Positions 24,801 to 38,975 are shown, counted from the first letter of the whole stretch. The stretch: DNA of 51,015 nt, filler included, from Sphacelaria rigidula (GCA_964200075.2; 3 parts of 3 records of this genome joined end to end with filler, not necessarily neighbours in it); one strand, 5' to 3'. Notes: a model not told the origin generated them from the letters alone. Translations and numbers: made by a program.

Positions 24801-26188
24801 TCTCTCCTCCAGACTTGTGCGATTGCAAGCTGAGGATGCAGGGAAAGCAACGCGGCGTGTATCGCTCACGTATGGAATACTCTCTTTTAATATTGCTTTC
24901 TTGACTAAACCGCTGCCGCACGTTCCGCCAATATTTTCGCCAACCACAAAAATCCTCGCTGGTGGTTTCTGTGTGGCAGACATGGGAGAAGGCGAGGCAG
25001 GAAAATCAAGGTTTCCCCACTCTACTCTACACCATCTTTTCAGCAGCTGAGCAGTGGAGTGACATCACGGAAACCCGCCCTGACATTGCGCGAGCATTCA
25101 CAAAGGTCTACAGTCATCTCGGCGGATTCGACACGGTAGTAATTTCAAACGGCGGGAAAGATATCGACGGATACCTGTTGCATCTCGCGCGACTAGCCGG
25201 TGTGCGCAATCGAGTGGTGAACCTAGGATCCATTGCCGGAGGCTACCTGTCCGCGAGGTTTGACGCGGCAACCGCGTTTGTTGGACCTTCCCACTACGTG
25301 GCCCACAACCCAGCGACCAATCGTCACGCTCGGGGGCTGCCGATAAAAATTTGCCATCCCGTCATGGACGCTGCGAGGATCTTAAGAGCGGCTCGGTCCT
25401 GCCCGACTCCGCCTTCGGGATCTGATGATGGTATCGAAGGCACAACCAATCGCCGCACTAGTGCCTCAAATTCGAATGATTGGGACGGAACCTCCACCGT
25501 ATCAAGTCGAGATACTGAAGCTAGCCGCAGTCGGCAGGACGGCAGTTTAAGTGCAGCGGGCGACGGATTCACTGTGACAGATAATGCGTTTAGCGACCAA
25601 GTGGGAACCTTGGAGGGGGAGCGCTCCGATAATCAAGGAGGCCGCTTCGTGATGGTATCGCGGGTTTCACAAGAGAAGACACCGGGGGTATTTGTGCGTG
25701 CCATGGGGGCCCTCCAGCGGCGGCAACAGCTACGGCAGGGAGCGCGACAAGCACGTGCTGAAGGGGTATATGTGGGGACAGGTAGACTTCTTGAGCCTAT
25801 GAAACAGCTTGCTCGGGATATAGGTGCAGATATACGGTTCGCAGGATTGCTCGGTGTCGACATCGTACCTTGCGAGGTAGCGCAAGCGACCGCGCTAGTT
25901 TTACCATCTTTTGCGGCAGAGACGTTTGGTATGGTAGCCCCTGAGGCCATGATATTAGGTGTACCCGTGGTTACGTTTGGGTATGGGGGAACAGGAGAAC
26001 TCGTGAGGCATATGGAGAACGGTATAATCGTGTCGGAGCCGACCCCGAGGGCACTGGCCGATGCGTTGGAGCTGCTGGTGCGAGATTCAGCTCTCAGGGA
26101 TCGCTTAGGAGCCCAGGCGAGGGTCGATGCACTCCGGGCCCTCTCTTTGCCGGAGTTGGTGGCGTGTCACGTGGATGAGTTCGTGTAG
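21803..26188 (+). CDS. Membrane-anchored GT-B fold, GT4-like glycosyltransferase (Glycos_transf_1 C-terminal domain), 982 aa
   Basis: Exons 21803-22382, 22977-23862, 24146-24339, 24556-24635 and 24980-26188 are GT-AG, total 2949 nt, phases 1/2/1/0. N-terminal hydrophobic anchor TALALFLTLTALICVLLAL. C-terminus VSRVSQEKTPG...YVGTG...LVLPSFAAETFGMVAPEAMILGVPVV...GGTGELVRHMENG carries the EX7E motif. Confidence 0.88.
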
Positions 26189-26986
26189 TGTGCACATGGA
26201 AAAACAAGGAAGAATAATGTAAGCGAACGAAGATACTCTTCAATGATCAGTACTTCCGTGGACTTGCTTAACCTCTGTGATATTTTTTATATTCTGCAGA
26301 CATCACGGCGGCAAAAATACAATGTAATCATCCCCGGCTGTAGTCGAGGCGTGTCTTGACAAAACGAATTGCAATCCAAAGCTGGTATTGAAAAGGATAC
26401 GAGAATAATCTTAATGTCCGGCTGACCTGGACCCTGATCAAGGTGCTTTCGATTTTTGGAGCCTGCAGAAGGCAAAATCCTTGGGTGAAATTCACCATGT
26501 TTTTTGTTTGTTTGTCGAAAACGCGGCTTGGAACGTTTGAGTCTATAGTCATTGGTGTGGGTGAAAAACATTCGAGATGCAAGCGTGTGCCTGACATCTC
26601 AGCGCATGCAGAATCGCGTACGGACATCGGCAATGGATCGTACAAACACTCATAGATAGCGTGACTCAGTCGTAAGACTAGGTGCTTTGACCGAGTGCGT
26701 TTGGTTTTATGCTCGGCGAGGATCAACGGTGCACACAGTTATGTTATGTTTCAGCCCTAATGTTTGCAATTTTGGCACGAGTTATGTCGTGCGATCTGCG
26801 AAAACACCACCGCAGCTTCAGTTTTTGGCAGTTCAAAGCCAGAGCAGGGCGTCGTCTGGGGGTCAGTGGAACTGTCTTGGCTAGAGGTTAGACCCCTCAA
26901 ATCGCCTGAAACTCGCTAGCTGTAGGTCATCATGAGCCAAAGTCTCATATACTGCGGCGCCGAACACAATTGCACATCGAAAATCC

Positions 26987-27250
26987 AATAATGCTACGGT
27001 AGGGGTTGCACTTTTTGTTTCGCGGGCTCTCCTTCTTGTAGGAGCACAAATATATGGGGCTTACTGTTCGACCCGAATCTCCGGGGACAGGACATGGAGA
27101 TGCACGCAGGGACCTTTTTGTGAATCGGCATCATTTTCAGTCTTTTTAAGTCGAAAATAATGCCGATAAATAAAATGACCCGTCCAACACCCCGAGGAGC
27201 CCCGACAAGTCTTTTCACGAAAAAGTGCAACCCGTACGGTGTCATCACTC
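26987..27250 (-). mobile_element. MITE family B copy, in reverse orientation relative to 48987-49239
   Basis: TIRs atgctacggtaggggttgcactttt...aaaagtgcaacccgtacggtgtcatcactc. Internal atctccggggacaggacatggagatgcac is the reverse complement of the sequence at about 49122-49150. Confidence 0.85.
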
Positions 27251-30200
27251 GATTGGAAACCAATATGGATTCCGATTTCGATTTTGGCTTCGACTCCTTT
27301 TTTTATTGTACACGCCCTCAGGGGCGCTTGTCTTCACGGCTCTAGCCTAGCCAGGGTGGCTTGTTCACACGCGTGGCACGTAGCAGACCTCTTCTCGAGT
27401 CTATAACTGATTCTCACTTAAAAAACGTCGGTGAAAGATTTTCAGAGATTCCAACAGGACAGTTACAAGTGAAACCTTGTTGGCTACGCGGAGCATTAGT
27501 CACAATGGTGGTAAAGTAACCGAAGGCAGAATTGTTGGGGTGTGCACCATATTTCGACTTAGCAGCTACTTCCACGAACACAGACACAGCATTCAACCAC
27601 CAGGTTGTTCGTCGCACAGAGGAGAAACCACGTGCTGATATGCAATGCACGTCAGGGCTCACCGACTTGACAATTTCCGCCCTGGAAAAGATACCTAACT
27701 CACCCGAGAACCCTCGGGTGGAGGTGCCCGAGGGATGTCCGACGCGATGGCTGCGTTAGCAGAGCTCAAACTGGTGCCACGGCTTCGCCAACATGGGGAG
27801 TAAGGCATGCTGCACGCTCTAGCGAGCACACAGGACTATCAGCTTCCAGGAGATACGAATGTGATGATCCTTTATGAAACCGAGTATTTGTCAGTCATGG
27901 AAGTTATCAAACGGTGGGGGGTGACCTCTACTAGAGGGGAGTGTCCCCTGGAGGATTTCAGGCGATACATGTTCGAAGTTCCTCCGTATGCGATGTCATT
28001 TGACCACGAGTGTGAGCCCAAGGACTCGTGTGTCGGCCGAGCAGCTGATCGACGAAGTAAATCTGCCGCGCACGTTTTCTCCAGCGCCCTGTGCGGTTTT
28101 GGTTTTTCCGTCCCACTACTTTCTAACCCCTCCCGTTCTCTGGCGAGTCCACAGTAGCAAGAGATCAACCAAATTCTCCCCTGCCACACGCCTTACATTT
28201 TTGTATCGTACATTGGATCAGGACCAACACTCCCAACAATCGTCGACTCTCGTCAAAGGAGTCTTGCGACGCCACTCACACCTCCACGTTTGCAACGACG
28301 GCGATCAGGTTCTTGCGGGCAGAAAAGACCCGTGCTTGCTGCTATTCGAACCCGCTATCTTCCTCCCTCGCAGGTTCTAGTTGCATCAGGGATCAGGGTT
28401 CGACAAAAAAAACGATGTGCCCGCCATTGATCGGGCGACGGATTGGGACATTGTGAATGGGCCTTCCCCTCGCGCTTTAGGACAAGTACGTGGATACAGT
28501 TTTCATTTGAGATTCATCGGGTTTTTTTCGAGTGTGGCCTTATATTACTCTGAGGCCGGCCGGCCATACACCGTGCCCCGAACAATTTTCAAGTGAGAAT
28601 TGTATATTATGCTTTGTCTATCAATTGTGAAATGCACGGGTGAATTTGACAAATAAAATGAGTCGAAAACTAAAGAAAGAGAGACGCATGCTATTTCGCC
28701 CGAGCGTATAACCAGGCAAAAACGATAATCTTCACCCCGGATCGAACTTGAGACGGAGTCGTACGCGACGATCAGCAGCATCGATCGGGTCAAGTTTTGC
28801 CGAGCTCGCAGCACATATTGTTGCGTAAATTGATTGCATGTGGATGGGCACTATATTCTCACAAGTGTGGGTAGTATATCATCCTCTCAAGGTTGACAAC
28901 TGGCTGCTACTATACCGGTGGCCGTGGCGCGGTGGCGTCGAGCACCACAGGGATATTATATTGCCTGCGTCTGTATCGTGCTTTTATAAAACGGCTAGAT
29001 AAACTTGTGCTGTGCTACCCTTCTTTTGTACCTGCGAAAGTCCGCTAAATACAAGTACCGCCCTGCGATCTATGAAGTTGTCCGATACGGAATATCAACA
29101 TCACATATGGGAACTTCATGTGTCTAGGGGACGTATCGTTCGCTTATATTCTTCAATCGGGAGGGCAGAGCAGAGCCATTTATTGTACGCAGGACGTTGT
29201 TCCTCTTTACATCGAGTCATTTCCTGGTGGGAGGGTATGCGTGTGCGCTTTTTATTGAAACCCTGTTGCACAATGATCACGCGGGCGTCGGAACCAGGCT
29301 CGGGGGCGGCGGCGAGTGGTATGCTTGCCTGAGAGAACCCTTGTAATCCTCCACTCTGTTCTCCTCTATACAAATCAGGGCACAGCTAATGGCTTAACTC
29401 GATGTTGACACACTCTCGACTTTACTTTTCACAGATCCCTATCTTCGGTCGATTCTAGCTGCTTCGATCACACTGTGATTTTTTGGTAGCCCACTACATG
29501 CACAAAATTACATTGCGCCGATTTGTGATACCCGTATTTTTTGGCAACACCGCCCCTTTGTGTACCATGGCTTTACGCGAGCTTCCATCACCAGCTCGAG
29601 TACATACGGAGCCACCTAACGACGACGGAACCTATTTCTTGGCGTTCTTTCATGAAAATATCACACGGGAACAATAGTGTAGCATACAAGAGGCTTGAAA
29701 TCCCTCTGTTTTCTGTTTGGTCACTTGATTCTGCGGGTGGCACGACAGATGCGTCCGGGATAAAAGAGCGGAGGAAAGTGTCCCTGGGGTCGGAACGAAC
29801 AGGCAAGCTGCTTTGTTTCTCGGACGACAAGGAGGACGAGTAACCCTGTCGAAAGGGGGTTGGGGCACCTCTGCTCTCTCGCATGATACGGAGAGCGGCA
29901 TATGACAAGCACGATAAATCCTGGTCAGTGAGGGCGCACCGCACATGATACGCACTTGTCTAGCTCATCGAACTACCAGTCCTCCAACGCTGCTCTCTAT
30001 TTAGCAATACACCTTGGTGACCTTGGTGAAAGAAACGGTATGCCATCAATACTTCGCCACAAGAATCGCGATTCTCCATGCTTGCTTGAACAGCCCCAAG
30101 AGAGAAAGGAATAAACCTCGCAGGTCAGAGAACTTACCGGGAGGAACCAGTTGACACTTCGCTGGCAACGAGACGCGTATGTCGCTAGATAAAACGCCGC

Positions 30201-31861
30201 GGAAACGCAGGAAACACTGCCCCCTCCATGTATTTGAGCATTGGATGGCTTCAATGGAACCTGTGATTTTTTAAGGTCAACACACCGCTCAATCGTGCAG
30301 GCGTGCCTCATACCAAGAAGATACACACTCCAACTTCTGCAGCGGCATACTCTAGGTGCCAAACGATGTTCACCCGACTGCCAGAGGTGACCGTACGCCT
30401 ACCCGCACGTATTTAACTTATTCGAATTTCGCGCCCAGCTATTTTTTGTACCCCCCAGAGGTATTTGTCGCTCAGTCGAACAAAAATGTCCCTCGTACGG
30501 CTTACACTCGCTTATAGTACGTGTTGAGGTGTTCCGTAACTTAATTATCGCGCAGACGAGCATCAAGGCAAAGATGGCCGCTAGGGTGTGAGTCATTCGT
30601 CACCCCCTCAAAGAATCGATTGGCGGACGTGTCTTTTACTGCTTTTCTCATGCGTTGGTACGTTGAATCAACCCTTCAGCCGCCGGAACGCTCCGTAACG
30701 ACCCAGTCCATTTCTCAACATGATCGCTGGGTCCATACGGCTCCTCACCTCAACTTATCTACCCAACCCTAGAGGACTCATATATTTCCCCTCGCGCGAG
30801 TGCAAGCACGCGTTAAATCACTGCTCGTATCATAGCAGCATCCTATCGAAGCCTTCATACTCTCGAAGGTGAGTTACACCTCGGCGAAAGCACACAACCC
30901 CTGAATTTTCCTGCCTATTCCCTCACGGATAACCATGGTCGGTCGAAATATCAACCTCCTCTTGAATGCCCTATTTCGCCGCCCATGAGGGAGCATGCAT
31001 CGGGCCAACACCCCAGTGGCAATATCCATCCGTGACAGACCCAATGCTTCCCCCCTGGAAGCACCGTAAATCACTGTACAAGCCGGACTACATCAACCCC
31101 AAAGCATCCGTCTGTACCGGTAGATAGTCCGGATCAACGGCTCCGCGACATCCCGACCCCTTGAACAATTAGTTGTGAATCGCCCGTGCAATTGCGCTGG
31201 TCTTGAAACGCAGTGCAGTCTTTGGCGTGATCCGCCCCTTTCCACTGTCCAAGTCCGGGGTTGCCCACGGCGACTGCTCACTGGACATGTGGAACACAAA
31301 CGAAGGTTACACCGGGAAAGGGAATGGAAAGATACAAGCCCCTTTCATCATTTGTCAGGGCTGTTCGGCACGTGGAAGATTCAAAGTGAGGCAAGCTAAT
31401 CGTCGAGCGCCAGGGTAATTATCTTCACATGATGTGTGCGATGTATTGGCATAAGGGAAAGTCGTACGGGATGATGCAACAAAATCGCTCGCAGCGTTTT
31501 CGCCCGGGGTCGGCCTGGCAGAATATTGCAAGGCTCAGCTCGCCCTCGAGCTTTCCCTCTCGTGGCAGGCGTCTTCACTTCAGTGTTTCGTGAACTGGAC
31601 AACATCGCTTCAATTCTCTGTTGCGATAACATTTTCCGAATTCACAGATCTTGCAATATTCGTGCAGGGCCTATCTCCCCGATTCACCACAGCATCTGAT
31701 ACGTATCTGTTCCGAGCTAGACATTCAATGTATTTTACCCACACTGATATCTCCCCCTGCCAAAAGCAGTGTCCGGTGAACACCAGCCATTATTTTCAGA
31801 ATCGTAACTTCGCCCTACCTACCTCTGCACCACAACTGTATTTAACTATCAGCCGGCTCAC

Positions 31862-33293
31862 TTTTTGATACGCGTGCGCTCTTCGTCAGTCAAACTGGAA
31901 CAGCAAAGCGCTCTACTAATTTCGCTACTCTCCTTTGCACCATCATCGCAGGGGTCCTTGCCACCCCCCCGGTGGCTCTTCGACGAAGACGGAGCCGCAG
32001 ACGTACTGGACACTTGACGCGGACGCGTTTCGTCTTCTCCATCAAGCCCCCCGCCCCCAGCGTCAATACACGATTCGGTTGGAGCAGAGGGAGCGAGCGT
32101 CGTCCTATCACCACTATCCTCACCACCACCACCTTCGCCACTATTACCGATACTGTCCCCGATAATGTTCTGAGGGGCGGCGATGGGACTGCTCTCGCTT
32201 CTCTCGCGTAGAGCACGACGGGGGGAGAAAACCGGAGAGCGACACGACGGGGAGCGAGAGGTCGGCACAACCAGTAACGAGTCTAGTCTATGACCGGGAT
32301 ATTTTGCCATTTCGATGTCCTCGTTGGTGAAGTTCCTGGAGCTCGTGCTGTTGTGTGTGCGCCCCGTTTGCAGGTTGTATCCGCCGAAAAATTCCTGTTC
32401 CCAGATTTCTTGGCGCCGGCGGCGAGCTCGGTAGGCAGCGCGGACTATCTTTGCAGCGGCTGCTCTCTGCCGTTCGTAGTCGACGAGCACCTGTGGGGCA
32501 CAGGGGAGGCGACACAGAGGAGACAACCGCGGTGGCGCGGGAAATATTTTGAGGTAAGACACGCTTAGCCGCTCGCGCTAAGGGCAGGCGTAGCCGTCAT
32601 CCGTCATCAGCCTCGTATGCGCTGGGGTTATGGGTGTTTCTTCGGGTCTCACTGTCAGACGTTCGTTAAGTATGGATGGTTGCTCCCTCTCGTGAATCCA
32701 CCGCGTGTTGGTTTCAGGAACCTAATCCCCGTAATGAACTGCCGGAATATGTTGGTGCGCTACCGCAATGTGGACATAGATCGCTTCCAAAAGGTCACTT
32801 GGCATGACGTAGATGAAGCTGTGTTCATGGTGGTGGCTCCGACGCATTTTTTTTAATAGTGGAAAGGGGCGAAAATGCGACTATTGTAGCAATATGTGGC
32901 AGCCTGCGCCAATTGGAAAACAAAACAATACGTGTTCACACGTAGCCCGATTTACGGTGCTCACATCCCAGTCTTTCTCAGAGCGTGAGGGGATGGGTCG
33001 CGGAGAAGACGTCTGTTTCCTTGCTGCGGGCAAGGAACGAATGGAACTCGCTCCCTGCTGGTCGCTATATCTGCAGTACGGTAGTTTACCCTTGAAATGT
33101 AATATGTGAAGGTGTTTTCTTGGGGCAGAGTTTGGCGTTGGTTCGAAAGTAGAGGGAGGACTGTACCGAACACGATACTCGCAACGTTATCAGTATAGGA
33201 AACGCACTCGTTGTCGCCATACCATGCCCCGCATCTGCAGCGGTATCTCGTTGTCACATTCATCAGTCATTGTAAGAGCGCGACCATCTTCAC
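31862..33293 (-). CDS. Internal exons of a spliced gene with an IQ-motif-like segment
   Basis: Exon 32490-31862 (ccccacag acceptor, gtgagc donor) encodes VLVDYERQRAAAAKIVRAAYRARRRRQEIWEQEFFGG.... A probable upstream exon 33293-33223 joins in phase. Other exons were not resolved. Confidence 0.55.
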
Positions 33294-33723
33294 CTGCTCT
33301 CAAGTCACGGCATTTTGGTGTTTGGGACGTCCAGGGTGTACAGAGCTACGTGTTTGCGTAAGGCACGGAGTAAAGCATCGCCACGACAAGTGCCTCCTCC
33401 CTAATGAGTGAACCTCAGGCGACCGTGCCTGGACCAGGGCAACCATCGCTGCCATCACCACCGGCTAACGCTCATCGCGATGCGAGATAAGGCATAGGTC
33501 CCGCAAGCTGGCGCAGTGCACAAGGCACGACAATCTAGCTGGGGGCGCCAATGAGGTTCCTCCAGAAAAAAAGCTACAACTCCAGTTCGATTCTCAAGCA
33601 TGAAGAAGGTACGGGAAGAAGCTGGTGTCGAACATCGGAAAGGAGCTCAAGATGAGCAGATGCGAGGCCTCTTGAAAACGGGAGCTTCGGATACGTGGCG
33701 CTCCTACCAAACGTAGAGTCGAC

Positions 33724-33979
33724 GAGTCATCCTACGATAGGGCGGGGGTATTTCGGGTCACTTCTTGCACGAAACTCCGAGTCAAATCGTCGTTGAAAGC
33801 AGCAATGGTTGTTCGGAGGAGCTTGTTATAGATAAATAAGGCTCATTCATACTACTTGACAACGTGTTTACCCGAATACAAGCGCATCGCGAGTGTTGCA
33901 GGTCTTCTGACACACCTATGAGTCTCTTTTTTCGTGCAATCAAATCAAATACCTCCCCCCCCCTCCACACAACACATGA
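33724..33979. mobile_element. Left end of a GAG-terminated DNA element (family C); right end not found before the contig end
   Basis: gagtcatcctacgataggg is identical to 50918-50936. The extent to the right is uncertain. Confidence 0.5.
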
Positions 33980-34079
33980 NNNNNNNNNNNNNNNNNNNNN
34001 NNNNNNNNNNNNNNNNNNNNNNNTTAATTAATTAANNNNNNNNNNNNNNNNNNNNNNNNNNNNNNNNNNNNNNNNNNNN
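33980..34079. other. Artificial contig-join spacer
   Basis: N44-TTAATTAATTAA-N44. Confidence 0.95.
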
Positions 34080-34670
34080 TTTGGTACCGAGGTTTTTTTT
34101 TTGCATGCCCTATGCATTGTCCATACCAAACTTCAGGGTCCAACTCTAAATGTATGAAAGAGCATGGGCCTGCAAACTTCAAATCTGCCTCTAGGCTGGC
34201 CCAGCTCGTAAATACAAAATAAGTAGAAAGTGTCGAGCACACCTTTATTTTAGAGTAGAGGGCACAGCCGAGACCACTCCGGGTTCAGCGCCGAAATCCG
34301 AGACGGCAACGTTCCAAACACCGAAATAAATTGAAATTGGAAGCGCCCTGGACACAGGGCAATCTATCTATTCAGAGTGCCCTATATTCAACAGTGAACC
34401 ATGGGCTACCATCTGTATACAATGCGTACCACAACAAACGACAAACAAAACCCCAAGAGAAAAATAAGATTCCGCCTTCAACGAATCATTTGCAACGGTT
34501 GCTGTACAGTGCTATTCCTTCTCCCTCATTAGGAGACGGTGTTTTGGCAACTTAGGCGTGGCAAGAACCGGCACCTCGCGTCAGATGACGCCGAAACTTG
34601 GAGAATGTGTAGATTGGTATTAGAGGAAGGTACCCTTCAGCAGAGGAAGTCGCTGATGGCCCGGTCTGCA

Positions 34671-34711
34671 ATGATACGGTGGATACCCATGATACGGTGG
34701 ATACCCATGAT
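34671..34711. repeat. 18-bp tandem duplication
   Basis: atgatacggtggataccc twice, plus a partial copy. Confidence 0.85.
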
Positions 34712-36670
34712 GCGTAGGATTTTATTTTTTCAACACCCTGCTGTCTGATGACGATTACAGTGGGAAGAGTGACAGTTGAGTATGGACGAACGCTCGAGGA
34801 AATCCAGCAAACAAGCATCGTTTATGGTGCGCTATACATGCGAGGGTTAGGAGCTGAACGTTTCCGCTCCAAAGTCGACAGTCGAAGGTTAAGCTCCTGT
34901 CGCGCGTCCAGTGGGTGGTGCCACGGACCCTTACCGGCGTACCTGGCACTGGGGGCGATATCCCGGTGCAGACAGTCCCACCACTACCGGGACGGCCGTG
35001 CAAACAGGTTGGTAGCCGGGGTGGTCGTTGCACTGATGTTCTTCTAGCGTTGTCAACTTAGAGTACGGGCGCACAGGCGTCGCACGTGAATATTTCGGTG
35101 ATTGCCTCACTTCCACTTCGGCCATGTGCTGTGGATTATTCCACGATCTCACCGCCTACTACATACACACACATCTGCGGAAATGTACTACATCCCGGAC
35201 AAGAGCTTTGTACAGTCAGTATACAGTTAAATGTCATGTTCTCTGGACAGGATGGAATCTATTGCCTACCGCGACGTGCGCAATACTCGTACATACGAGT
35301 AGTGGGAACTGCGCGCAGTACCACCCTAAGGCAGTGAAGAAATCTCCACGGTATGAATTGAAACAGCCGGCCTGCGCCCCCATAGCGGCTGTGTTACCAC
35401 ACAGCTCGACCGACGATACAGGCAGACATTATAGCGGCAGAGGCGGCCTTTTACTCCTGCGTATGCCACCTAAGGCAAATGCACGCTCAGGTGCAACACC
35501 GACCGCTGTACAAGATGTGGCGGAGCGAGGGGCGGTACACAGTTATAGGGTGGATAACGACCCTGCATGGAAGACTATAGAGCACTACGAACGCGGGCAC
35601 TACCCATCTTCAGCCTAATGATGACTGGAAGAGTATGGAAGAATAAATGCGTGGGAACACCGCCCTGTGATCAGAAAAAAGATCAGTGACGCAATTCCAA
35701 CTCAACCTGAAGGCAAATCATATCGTCTACCGATAACTACATTGCACTTTACTTCTGCTGACCGCTGACGACACCACTACCTTCCGCCACGGATCGACCT
35801 ACATACACATGCTGAGCACTGTGTTCACGTCCATTCTTCCTTCTGCCACGGGACTTACACAGGCGAGGTCCACTCTAACTGTACGGTTACTACTGTAACC
35901 GTTGTCACTACAATACAGAGTAAGGTGGTCACGGTAATCCGACGGTTCGTGAAGGTCTTGCGTAGAGAATGTATCTATCTAGTAGACTACCCTCCATGTG
36001 TATCTTATGCGCAAACCTTGCTTGTGTAACATGGTGGCTATTTCCGAGACAGTAGGAGCGGCAGATGCACTCACTTAGCATCAAATTTGTAGAATAAAAT
36101 GAATAACTCAATTCGGTTAGCAGAGTAGCGCATTTTCCTGGGAGAGCTTGACCGCACGGCAGACAGGCAGTACGTATCACATGCGTCCGCCTTACATAGC
36201 ACATCTCCTTAGCAAACTAAGGCTCGCAACGAACTCTGCCTGCGAGGGCGGGGTCAATCTTCCTAATCTTCCTGTTTACCTAGCTCCAGCTTTGCTATGC
36301 CAACAGCTGATGTGTCACGGCTTGCGGTCTGCTGGCGCGATTCACGTCAGCTGTCCTAGTTGGTTGGCCAATCGTACACAAACGGTCATATGTTCCTTGC
36401 AACCGATCAAAAACCTCTACACTGCATGTTGAAAATCAAAGGAGCGGCAACACATTGCAAAGAAACATCAAGCCAAGATAAACACAGCCGACTGGTCATT
36501 GACCACGACTCTGAGCACTCACATGGCTCGATAAGTATCACAGCAGGTGGTACAACTATAGACTCGGCGCGTACTCCAAAGAAGCACGAAAGCCTTCCAT
36601 GCACGGTATATCCGGTGCAACATGCCGAGAACTCGAGACCTGGCAGTCTCGTATGATAATATCAAAATTG

Positions 36671-36752
36671 TGTCATGAAGACGCATACTAGCTTGCTGTC
36701 ATGCCGCTTCAGACCCGTTATCGAGTCTGGCGTTCGGTATTTCGCGTATTCC
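36671..36752 (+). repeat. Start of the 5' LTR (right boundary not determinable)
   Basis: 82 bp match 50836-50917 with 4 substitutions and begin with TG. Confidence 0.85.
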
Positions 36753-38975
36753 GGTATTCAAGACTGCAGGTCTGCTCAGAGTTGATCGGGTACGGATGTG
36801 AATCTGTATATTGCAGAGATGATATTGGCTTTGTTCGCTGAGCACAAACAAAGCTCGCACCATCGATCACTACCCATCGCTACCCTATTGCTCTCCAGCA
36901 AGAGAAGTCTAAGCATCGGTGAGACCTATTGACTGGTTTGGGATTGAATTGATTTATTGGATACTGGAGTTAGAAACAAGACAATCAAGGAGAAGTTAAG
37001 AACCATCGTGTGAAAACTCGTCTGACATTTGATTGCTGAGCCTGTGTGCAGCACGTGCAAGCTGTGGCAGCCTGACGGTTGTCCACTTGCTTCGTAAGCT
37101 CGTGCCTTGGGTTGCAAGCTGTGTCCTTGTAATTATAGCACAACAGCACTTCATTACATTGGCGTTTGACTAAGGAGATTCTTCTTTTGCAGTTGCGTTT
37201 CCTTCTTGATACCGATTTGTATTCCTGCCCGTCGAGCTGCGTGACCCCAGCTTTCGTGATCACTTTTTGCCCCGTTGTGTTCCTCTTCGGTACGGTAAGA
37301 AGTCGAACCTATCGCTTCTCGATAGTCAGTAGCTACTGCAAGCTTCTGCCCTGTGTGTCCCCTGGTAAAGAGTATTCGTGCCCTGCTACTTGCGACTTGC
37401 TGCAGCGCTTGACTGCACATATTGTGCTACGTTGGGTCAACGCGCACCGCTTGCCAGTCTCGCCTTGCTGTGATTTTGTGACATATACACCTGTACACTG
37501 AATGGTGTAAGTTCCGACTGCACGACATAAGTCCCTTGGTGATTCAATCCGGCACAATCACGCACCAAGCCATCCTTGGCGCGCGTATTTGGTCTTATTG
37601 CCCCCTTTCCTTCTGCCGGGAGAAATCTTCTACTACAAGTTTGTACAGAACACCAGTGCACAAGGGCACTGTTGCTCATAGTCAGCAGCTGTCCCTGACC
37701 TGAGCTCCTAGGCAAGTCAGCACTCTGTTGCTCTTTTTTTTTGTATCGATTGTACGCGAACGTTGTATTTTTTCTTCACGAAATTACTGAACAGTACATC
37801 CTGTGCTCTCAGAAGGTGACCATGGACATCTGTACCCGAAATTTGTACCCGTTCTGGCACTTTAGCTTCGTTGCTTGTAGCTCCTTTGTTGTTGTTCTCT
37901 CCTGGTGTACTTCGCACAGCTATTGAGCAGGGCTGTACATCACCGTGGTAAGTAACAATACACGTCACAACGGACTGTAGTTTGTTTCTTCTTATTGACC
38001 CCTTCTCGAACAATGTCAATCAATTGTTCCCGAGACGGTTTCGTCGCGAGAATACTTGTTGGACACATTCCAAACCAACGTTACATACTCACTTGGAGCA
38101 GACAGCACTCGAAACCAGTGCCCCTGCAGTGCACAACTTCACCTTTGTTTCACATACGTACGTTGCCTTAACTCCGATGTGTAACAAGCTTTCGTCCTGC
38201 ACTACGCAGTCCAATCTCGCGATCTACATCCCAAGCTTTGTAAAAGCTTTTGTGCTGCCCCACGCTGCACGATTTAGATGTTCATCTGAAAATGTTTCTT
38301 TCATTGTACACCGCCAGTTGCTTCTCACCTTGTGCCAGAATAGTACAGTTATAGTCTGCCGTGACGCCACACCCGGAACACGTGTGAGTTGTACGACTTT
38401 CACGTACCAAAGCTGCTACAGACAGTCGGATCTTCGCTTTTCTTCGACGCCATACGTCTGATTTGTGCGCAATCCCGAGCTCGGTTGATAGCTGTTACCG
38501 CCACAACTCAGATAAGTTGTATTAACCAGACACCGGACATAGGTTTTACATACAGCAATTCGCTTGAATGAAAATACTTGAGTAAATCAGGTTTCAAGGT
38601 CCCCCCAGGCGCTATTAGACTTCATTATCCCGTATTTTCCGGATACAAACTTCGGCCTTTGCAGGTAGCATCTCTTGGTGTCACGCTCCTTTGATTAGAG
38701 CCGCAGATCAGACACACTGCCCCTGCCTTTTCTAAGCACACAAGTTGCGTACGATTATCATGTCGGACAGAAATAACGCTGGCTTTTCCCCTCAATTGGG
38801 AAAAAAATCGCTTCGTCGGACACGGAGTCAAACAACTGCCGGTTCGAAATCTTTTGATATTAGTGTCGCGTCACCTTAAACTCATCGCCGCACGTATGCG
38901 AGCGCTGTTCGATCTTCGGGATCTGAAGACCAACCTTCGAGCGATGCTCGTTCTTCAAGGCTTGAAGACAAGACT

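Noticed and set aside
27400-31700. Short ORFs such as 27807-28157, 30874-31074 and 31396-31632
   Set aside because: No recognisable motifs and no consistent splice chain could be built.
34748-35618. ORFs with recurring EYGR-like words
   Set aside because: The similarity is too short to support a repeat or a gene.
38670-38860. Primer-binding site candidates (tggtgtcacg at about 38676)
   Set aside because: No convincing tRNA 3'-end complement follows a CA LTR end, and the LTR boundary cannot be fixed because the 3' LTR is interrupted.
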